From Acholeplasmatales bacterium (GTDB lineage: Bacteria > Bacillota_I > Bacilli_A > Acholeplasmatales > Anaeroplasmataceae): DNA of 51,733 bases. The notes beneath the pieces are model-generated. The model was not told the DNA's origin. It made no database searches and worked only from the letters and a program-made list of their open reading frames with translations. The position numbers and the translations under genes were made by a program. Positions 45,278 through 51,733 of this stretch are shown piece by piece (position 1 is the first letter of the stretch; each line of letters begins with the position of its first letter). The stretch is from positions 1-51,733 of the forward strand of contig JAEEHU010000035.1 of NCBI GenBank assembly GCA_016280975.1, given 5' to 3'.

Positions 45278-46495
45278 ATGAATCGATTCGAAAAAGTAAA
45301 ATCAAAACTAAATACTATTTGGGAAGCTATAGTTAGATTTATTAAAAAATATGATCTAATTATTTTTGCGATTATATTTTTCGCAATAGCTCTTGTCATA
45401 AGATTATCATTTTTAGATTTTGAATCTGATGATTATAAGTATTTCCTATCTCATTGGTATCAGGAGGTAGTAAATCAGGGAGGCTTCGCATCCTTTAAAG
45501 TGCAGATAGGTGATTATACACCTGCCTATAGATATATAATTATATTCCTAACATTATTTAATAAGAATCCACTACACATGTATAAAGCTGTATCAATAAT
45601 ATTTGATTTTGTGCTTGCAGGATTTGTAGGACTCTTAATAAAGCACATTACAAAGAATAATTTGTTAACTTTACTAGCCTACGCAACTATATTATTCTTA
45701 CCTAATGTATTCTTTAATAGTGCAATATGGGCTCAATGTGATGTAATATTTACAACATTCATAATTATTAGCTTATATTTTATATTAAAGGATAAATCAC
45801 ATTTGGCTATGGCATTTTATGCAGTGAGCTTATCATTTAAGCTTCAAGCAATATTCTTCCTACCAGTAATAGTAGTATTAATATTTAAAAAGAAAATAAA
45901 CTTATTCTCTATTATTACATTCATGCTTACATATATGTTAATTCCTATTCCTGCAGTAATAGCTGGTGCTAATTACTTTGATGCATTAATTGGTATATAC
46001 ATTAATCAAGCAGGAGAATATAGCCAATTAGTATTAAATGCACCAAATATTTATGCGATATTTAAAAATACTCCACAGGAATTATCAAAAATGTTTACTT
46101 GGATGAGTCTAGGCTTTGTTGGAATAATATGTGTAGTACTTTATAAGTATGAGCTTAAGTATGATGATAGAACTATTATTCTAATTGCTTATATATTCTC
46201 ACTTATAATTCCATTTATCCTTCCACATATGCATGAAAGATATTTCTATCTATCAGATATATTAGGTATCCTATTCATATTTACTAATATTAAGAAAATA
46301 TATATTCCAATAATTACAATCCTTTCATCATTCCTAGTTGTTGAAAAAATACTATTTGGATGGAATGGAACATTTATTACTTTAGAGCTTGATGGAATAA
46401 TAATGCTTTCTGGAATTGTATTACTACTAATCCATTCTATTAAGTATTTAAATGAAAATCATGAATCCTATCTAAAGGAAATAGAAGTAAATTAA
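45278..46495 (+). CDS. GT-C polytopic glycosyltransferase (Gpi18/GT87-like mannosyltransferase)
   Basis: DY..FL..W, DYTP, NSAIWAQCD, KLQAIF, NAPN, LPHMHERY. Confidence 0.8.
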   Translation: MNRFEKVKSKLNTIWEAIVRFIKKYDLIIFAIIFFAIALVIRLSFLDFESDDYKYFLSHWYQEVVNQGGFASFKVQIGDYTPAYRYIIIFLTLFNKNPLHMYKAVSIIFDFVLAGFVGLLIKHITKNNLLTLLAYATILFLPNVFFNSAIWAQCDVIFTTFIIISLYFILKDKSHLAMAFYAVSLSFKLQAIFFLPVIVVLIFKKKINLFSIITFMLTYMLIPIPAVIAGANYFDALIGIYINQAGEYSQLVLNAPNIYAIFKNTPQELSKMFTWMSLGFVGIICVVLYKYELKYDDRTIILIAYIFSLIIPFILPHMHERYFYLSDILGILFIFTNIKKIYIPIITILSSFLVVEKILFGWNGTFITLELDGIIMLSGIVLLLIHSIKYLNENHESYLKEIEVN

Positions 46496-46500
46496 AAAAT

Positions 46501-46528
46501 GCTCGCTTTTAACCTAAGCGAGCTTTTT
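46501..46528 (+). terminator. Intrinsic terminator
   Basis: GCTCGCTT-ttaacct-AAGCGAGC-TTTTT. Confidence 0.8.
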
Positions 46529-46560
46529 TACACTTATAAAAATATGCAAATAATAAAATT

Positions 46561-46641
46561 AAAACGTTTTCATTGACTTATTTGATATTTTTATTTATTA
46601 TAGTGATAGATAGACTATCATTTCGGTAAAATAACTATCAT
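46561..46641 (+). promoter_or_regulatory. Promoter with LacI/cre-like and palindromic operator sites
   Basis: AAAACGTTTT next to TTGACT-N17-TATTAT; TGATAG-ataga-CTATCA downstream, with a second ACTATCAT. Confidence 0.55.
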
Positions 46642-46681
46642 ACAATGCGTTTTTGTTTTAAGCTAAAAGGAGGAATAACAA

Positions 46682-48238
46682 ATGACTAGACGTTTAAACA
46701 AAAAAGAGATGTGGATTTTCGCCACAGGACAGCTAGGATGGAGCTTACTTGGTGGTATTATTAACACTTGGTTAGTTACATTTTATCTTCCAACACAAGA
46801 AGATATCGCAAACGGAGCTATTCCATATTTAGTTCCAGGATTAATTATTGGTGGTATCTTAACATTACTAGGTTTAATTACATTTATTTGTAGAATATTT
46901 GATGCAGTATCAGATCCATTAATTGCATCACTTTCAGATAGAAGCAATAATAAGCGAGGAAGAAGAATTCCGTTTATGCAATATTCTGCAATTCCATTCG
47001 CAGTATTAACTGTTGTTGTATTCTTAGCTCCAGAAGCATCTACTAGTATGATTAACTTCTGGTGGGTATTAATATTCTTAATTCTATTCTATTTATTCAT
47101 GACTATGTATTGTACTCCATATAATGCATTAATTTCTGAATTCGGTAAGACTCAAGATGATAGAATGTATATTTCAACAGCTATTTCATTAACTTATTTC
47201 TTTGGATTATTACTATCTTATGTTCCATTCGCTGTTGCACCTATGTTAATGGGTTCAGTTGGCTTTGCATGGAGCTATAGAATTTGCTTTATAGTATTAG
47301 CCGTAGTTGCTTTAGTATGTATGTTACTTCCAACATTCTTACTAAAAGAACGTGATTTCGTTGATTCTAAGCCAGATAAGACTAATACATTCAAATCATT
47401 AATGTCTACATTCAAGAACAAGGACTTCAGAGTATTCATTGGCTCTGATATTATGTACTGGATTGGTTTAACTTTATTCCAAACAGGACTTCCATTCTTT
47501 ATTAAGATAATGACTCAAGATACAACAGGCTCAACAAGCTTATATTATATGGGCGCAATGACATTACTTTCTGCATGTTTCTACCCATTTGTCGCAAAGC
47601 TTGTTAAGAAATTCGGTAAGAAAAAGTTAACTATCGCTGGTTTCTTTGGACTAGCTTTAGCATATTTATGTGCAGCATTAATTGGTAGATTCTGGACATT
47701 ACAAATCGATCCATTCACTATTATGGTTGTTGTTATTGCAGCATTCCCAATGGCACTACTTGGTATTATTCCACAATCAATTGTCGCAGACGTGGCTGAA
47801 GAAGAGGCAATTACTACTGGTGAAAATAGAGAAGGTATGTTCTTCGCAGCTCGTACTTTCGCAATGAAGATGGGTCAATCTTTAGCTATGCTTGCATTTA
47901 CATCATTAGCTATTATTGGTGTTGCTCAAGATGCTGGCTCAAATGATATTACACCATCATCAATTGGTATGCTTATTGTTGCTATTGTTGCAATAGTATT
48001 CTGTGTACTTGGCGCTGTTATATTAATGTTCTATAACGAGAAAAAGGTTAACGCTACAATTGAAAAGCATCATCAAGAAATTGAGAATAAAACTGACGCT
48101 CAAGTTGTAGAAGCAGAAACTACTATAGTAGAAGAAACTTTAGAGGCTGTTGCTGAAGCTGAGCCTCAAGAAACAGCTACTGAAGAATCTCAAGAAGAAG
48201 CTAAAGTAGAGGAAACTAAAGAAAACGAGGAGGAATAA
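46682..48238 (+). CDS. MFS/GPH-family (MelB-like) symporter
   Basis: RIFDAVSDPLIASLSDRS..RGRRIPF, PYNALISE, REGMFFA; acidic tail. Confidence 0.88.
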   Translation: MTRRLNKKEMWIFATGQLGWSLLGGIINTWLVTFYLPTQEDIANGAIPYLVPGLIIGGILTLLGLITFICRIFDAVSDPLIASLSDRSNNKRGRRIPFMQYSAIPFAVLTVVVFLAPEASTSMINFWWVLIFLILFYLFMTMYCTPYNALISEFGKTQDDRMYISTAISLTYFFGLLLSYVPFAVAPMLMGSVGFAWSYRICFIVLAVVALVCMLLPTFLLKERDFVDSKPDKTNTFKSLMSTFKNKDFRVFIGSDIMYWIGLTLFQTGLPFFIKIMTQDTTGSTSLYYMGAMTLLSACFYPFVAKLVKKFGKKKLTIAGFFGLALAYLCAALIGRFWTLQIDPFTIMVVVIAAFPMALLGIIPQSIVADVAEEEAITTGENREGMFFAARTFAMKMGQSLAMLAFTSLAIIGVAQDAGSNDITPSSIGMLIVAIVAIVFCVLGAVILMFYNEKKVNATIEKHHQEIENKTDAQVVEAETTIVEETLEAVAEAEPQETATEESQEEAKVEETKENEEE

Positions 48239-48239
48239 T

Positions 48240-49679
48240 ATGATGGATAAAACATCTATGATATTTAATAATCCTATTCCTAAAAAGGTTATAAAGCAAG
48301 CTAATAAAAGTAAGAAAAAGGCACTAAAGAAATTTGGCGATGATACAAATACTGATTATAAAATAGGATTTAAGAATATCGATGCCCTAGATTTTATTGG
48401 CGCACAAAATATAGTATTTTCTGATAAGAATGAGGAAATGCCTAAAAACCCATTAATTGTTGGAAATATTAGAATGGGCTTTGGCCACTATAGAATTAGT
48501 ATCGCTATGGCATCTTGTGCTAAAGCGTTAGGCTTTACTCCACTATGGTTAGATTTAGCATCTTTTGATGCTACTGGATCTAAGTGGATTAGAAGTCAAA
48601 ATGATTTATATTCTATGGGCTCAAGATTATCTCAAAAATCTAAATTATTTAATCATTTCTATTGGGAGCCACTAAATAGTGAGGGCTTTAGAAAGATTAC
48701 ATATAATGCAAAGGATCAAAAGAACACTGAATTATTAGTTCCAATCTATAAGAATATTGATAAGAATATTCCATATATTGCAACTCACGTATGGCCAAGC
48801 CAAGCTGCAATTCATGCTGGTATGACTAATGTTGTTAACGCAATACCTGATAACTGGCCAATGGGACTTCATTTATCAGAAGGAAGTATTCATACAGTTC
48901 AAACTGAATTTGCATATTTAGGCTATAAGATGCTTAATGGCTTTGATAAAAAAGAGCTTAATGGTATGTCATCTAACGATTTAAAGATGGTTGGATGTTA
49001 TGTTGACCATGAGTTATTAGTTAATCTAGAAGAGGATAATAAGCTTAGACTAGATAGAATTAATAACAATAAGCCATTAAGAATTTTAATGACTGTTGGT
49101 GGCGCTGGTGCTGGCTTTGATATGTTCTTAGCTATGATTAAGCATTTAAAGAAATATGTTGATGAAAAGAAGGTAACCTTATTCATTAACTTTGGTGATC
49201 ATAAGAATGTATATGATAAGATGTGCCAAAAGCTTTCTTGGTTTAAGGAATCAAAGACATTCTTTAATGAATATGATAAGTTTAAGTCATTTGTTACTGA
49301 TATAAGAAATAATGATGCTGAAGGTATATATTCAATCTATAACGATGATATATTTAAGGCAGTATATTCAACTAATTTATTAATGCCTGTTACTGATTTA
49401 TTAGTAACTAAGCCATCAGAGTTAGTTTACTATCCTATACCAAAGGTATTCATGAGACATATTGGTGGTCATGAGGCATATGGTGCAGTTCATGGCTCTG
49501 AATATGGTGATGCAACATTTGAATGTCCTGATATTAAATCACTAAATTCTATGCTTGATAGAATATTATCCGATAAGGAAATATTAATGCATATGATAGA
49601 AGTAATTAATAAATTAAAGCAAGAAGGATATTATAATGGAGCTTACGAATGCGTTAAGCTTGCTGCTAAATTAAAATAA
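48240..49679 (+). CDS. GT-B fold glycosyltransferase-like protein (MGDG synthase/GT28-like)
   Basis: MGFGH, ATH, GGAG, DLLVTKPSEL and GHE motifs resemble MGDG synthase/MurG. Confidence 0.55.
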   Translation: MMDKTSMIFNNPIPKKVIKQANKSKKKALKKFGDDTNTDYKIGFKNIDALDFIGAQNIVFSDKNEEMPKNPLIVGNIRMGFGHYRISIAMASCAKALGFTPLWLDLASFDATGSKWIRSQNDLYSMGSRLSQKSKLFNHFYWEPLNSEGFRKITYNAKDQKNTELLVPIYKNIDKNIPYIATHVWPSQAAIHAGMTNVVNAIPDNWPMGLHLSEGSIHTVQTEFAYLGYKMLNGFDKKELNGMSSNDLKMVGCYVDHELLVNLEEDNKLRLDRINNNKPLRILMTVGGAGAGFDMFLAMIKHLKKYVDEKKVTLFINFGDHKNVYDKMCQKLSWFKESKTFFNEYDKFKSFVTDIRNNDAEGIYSIYNDDIFKAVYSTNLLMPVTDLLVTKPSELVYYPIPKVFMRHIGGHEAYGAVHGSEYGDATFECPDIKSLNSMLDRILSDKEILMHMIEVINKLKQEGYYNGAYECVKLAAKLK

Positions 49680-49681
49680 TA

Positions 49682-49716
49682 AAAAAAGAGGTCGAGTTTT
49701 ATAACTCGGCCTTTTC
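49682..49716. terminator. Bidirectional terminator
   Basis: GGTCGAGTT-ttat-AACTCGGCC flanked by A- and T-runs between convergent genes. Confidence 0.7.
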
Positions 49717-50979
49717 ATCATCTTTAATACGCTCTTTTGCAATAGCAAGCATTAATTTAATTCTATTTTCTTGGTTAACCTTTGTAGCACTTGGGTCATA
49801 ATCAATTGCTACGATATTTGCATCCTTATGAATAGATTTAATCTTTTTCATAACGCCTTTACCACAGATGTGGTTAGGAAGACATCCAAATGGTTGAGCA
49901 CAGATTACATTTTCGTATCCTTCCTCAACTAATTCCATCATTTCAGCTGTTAAAAGCCAACCCTCACCCATCTTAGTTCCGTGGTCAAGTACACCTTCAG
50001 ATAGATCCTTAGTATGAGCGAAGTAGTTCATTGGAGTGAACTTAGTATTTTTCATTGCATTAATCATTGCCTTTTCACGTCTTCTAAAATATCTGATTAA
50101 AAGCTTTGCAATAAACATACCCTTTCTAGACATTCCATAAATCTTATAGTCGTATATTGCATTATACATACTATATAAGGCAAAGCCATATACACCAGGA
50201 ACCATTGCCTCAGCATCTTGGCTTACTAAGAAATCCTCTAGATGATTATTACCAAGTGATGCATATTTAATATAGATTTCTCCAACTATACCAACTCTTG
50301 GCTTTTTGTGAGATAAATCTAAATCTAATTTGTCGTAATCTTGAGCCATAAGCTTAAGATTCTTTTTAATATCTCTATAAGATGTACCCTTATTATTTTC
50401 AAATTGCTTAATGATATTATTAACCCACTTAGTAGTTAATGCTTTAGTATCACCTTTAGTTTTCTCATAGCTTCTACATTTATTATGTAAATACATAAGC
50501 TCATCACCATAAGTCATCGCAGCGGTAAGCTTAAAGATAAGTGGTAATGTATATTTAAATCCAGAATCTTTTTCTAGATTAGAATAGTTTAGTGATACAA
50601 CAGGGATATATCCATATCCTGCCTTTACTAAAGCCTTTCTTAAAAGAAGAAGATAGTTAGATGCTCTACATCCTCCTCCTGTTTGAGTTATTAATAATAC
50701 TACATTATGAGTATCATCTCTATGATTTAGGTTATCAATAAATTGACCAATAACTAAAAGTGCAGGATAGCATGTATCGTTATGAACATATTTTAATCCT
50801 TCAGTAACAACATCAGGGCCTTGATTTTGCATAACCTCACATTTGTATCCACATTGTCTTAATACAGCTTCCCATAAAGACATATGAATATCTAGCATAG
50901 AAGGGATTAAAATAGTATGAGTTTTAACCATGTCCTCTGTAAACTTTGGATAGTTATCTAACTGCTTTAAAGTTTGCAT
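49699..50979 (-). CDS. 2-hydroxyacyl-CoA dehydratase D-component-like protein
   Basis: VHNDTCYPA, TGGGCRASNY, GIVGEIY, GEGWLL, QPFGCLPNH. Confidence 0.85.
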   Translation of the reverse strand: MQTLKQLDNYPKFTEDMVKTHTILIPSMLDIHMSLWEAVLRQCGYKCEVMQNQGPDVVTEGLKYVHNDTCYPALLVIGQFIDNLNHRDDTHNVVLLITQTGGGCRASNYLLLLRKALVKAGYGYIPVVSLNYSNLEKDSGFKYTLPLIFKLTAAMTYGDELMYLHNKCRSYEKTKGDTKALTTKWVNNIIKQFENNKGTSYRDIKKNLKLMAQDYDKLDLDLSHKKPRVGIVGEIYIKYASLGNNHLEDFLVSQDAEAMVPGVYGFALYSMYNAIYDYKIYGMSRKGMFIAKLLIRYFRRREKAMINAMKNTKFTPMNYFAHTKDLSEGVLDHGTKMGEGWLLTAEMMELVEEGYENVICAQPFGCLPNHICGKGVMKKIKSIHKDANIVAIDYDPSATKVNQENRIKLMLAIAKERIKDDEKAEL

Positions 50980-50980
50980 T

Positions 50981-51733
50981 CTATTCCTCCCTCTTTTGCT
51001 TAATTGCAGAAAATAAGCTTCTAAGTCTAATCTTTACAGCACCAAGATTTGTTATTTCATCAATCTTAATTTGTGTATAGATCTTATTTTCTGATTCTAA
51101 TATTAATTTACATTCATCAGTTGTAACGGCATCAAGTCCACAACCAAATGATACTAATTGAACTAAGTTCATATCATCCTCATGTGTACAGTATTTAGCT
51201 GCACTATATAATCTTGAATGATATGTCCATTGATTTAATACTCTTACCTTAAACTTTTCATTTAAGTGAGAAATTGATTCCTCACTTATAACAGTTGCAC
51301 CCATAGAAGCGATTAGCTTATCAATTCCATGGTTAACTTGTGGATCTTGATGGTAAGGACGTCCTGCAAGAACAATAATTTCTTGTTTATTTTTTCTTGC
51401 ATCTAAAATATACTCCTCACCCTTTTTTCTAACATCTGTTAGGTAAGATTCATATTCCTTATAGGCAGCGTCGCTTGCCTTTTTTATTTCTGATTTTGAA
51501 ATACCATTATAGTATTTATCAAGAATAAGCTTAATCTTCTTAACAAACATTTCAGGTCTATCAATACCAATGAAGTCAGAAATGAATGTAACATTTTTGA
51601 TATTACCAACATTATTTAAAATGTTTTGTGGATAGTATGCAACAATAGGACAGTTATAATGATTATCTCCTAGCTTTTCATCAATGTTATATGACATACA
51701 TGGATAGAAGATAGTCTTATATCCTTCTTGAAT
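50981..51733 (-). CDS. Acyl-CoA dehydratase activase-related protein (DUF2229 region), 5'-truncated
   Basis: Frame open to the window edge (IQEGYKTIFYPCMSY...); NCPIV, LAGRPYH, WTYHSRLY, SFGCGLDA, KIDE. Confidence 0.85.
   Translation of the reverse strand: MQEGYKTIFYPCMSYNIDEKLGDNHYNCPIVAYYPQNILNNVGNIKNVTFISDFIGIDRPEMFVKKIKLILDKYYNGISKSEIKKASDAAYKEYESYLTDVRKKGEEYILDARKNKQEIIVLAGRPYHQDPQVNHGIDKLIASMGATVISEESISHLNEKFKVRVLNQWTYHSRLYSAAKYCTHEDDMNLVQLVSFGCGLDAVTTDECKLILESENKIYTQIKIDEITNLGAVKIRLRSLFSAIKQKREE

Noticed and set aside
1-51733. CRISPR array or rRNA genes
   Set aside because: No regularly spaced repeats and no rRNA-like segments were seen by eye.

Overview
AT-rich bacterial chromosome segment read in the standard code (TGA is a stop). 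Gene content and lipoprotein style suggest an anaerobic Acholeplasmatales/Anaeroplasma-like member of the Bacilli (inference). Housekeeping backbone: prs-pth, nrnA-tRNA-Gln, ppdK and rlmB-sigH-like-rpmG-secE-nusG. Three accessory or regulatory zones stand out. (1) Downstream of tRNA-Gln (8.3-12.8 kb): a GC-rich structured ~200-nt element carrying an antisense copy of the tRNA T-arm, a second yybP-ykoY Mn riboswitch ahead of a gene split at an A9 run, and a gene remnant. (2) An Rrf2-controlled sulfur operon (14.4-22.4 kb): a Cys/Met-rich leader peptide, an SsuA/TauA-type ABC transporter with an embedded double metallo-beta-lactamase-fold hydrolase, and two CysK paralogues. (3) An ~11.7-kb co-oriented island (30.1-41.8 kb), the best candidate for an undescribed defence/stress system: NUMOD4-HNH nuclease, Ser1 proteasome-beta/HslV-like Ntn hydrolase, Ser/Thr kinase, two vWA (TerY-like) proteins, PP2C phosphatase, a two-domain protein, a WYL regulator, and a five-gene module built around a Upf1/DNA2-like SF1 helicase. 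No CRISPR array, rRNA, integrase or transposase was seen. All calls come from manual motif reading; no database search was run.
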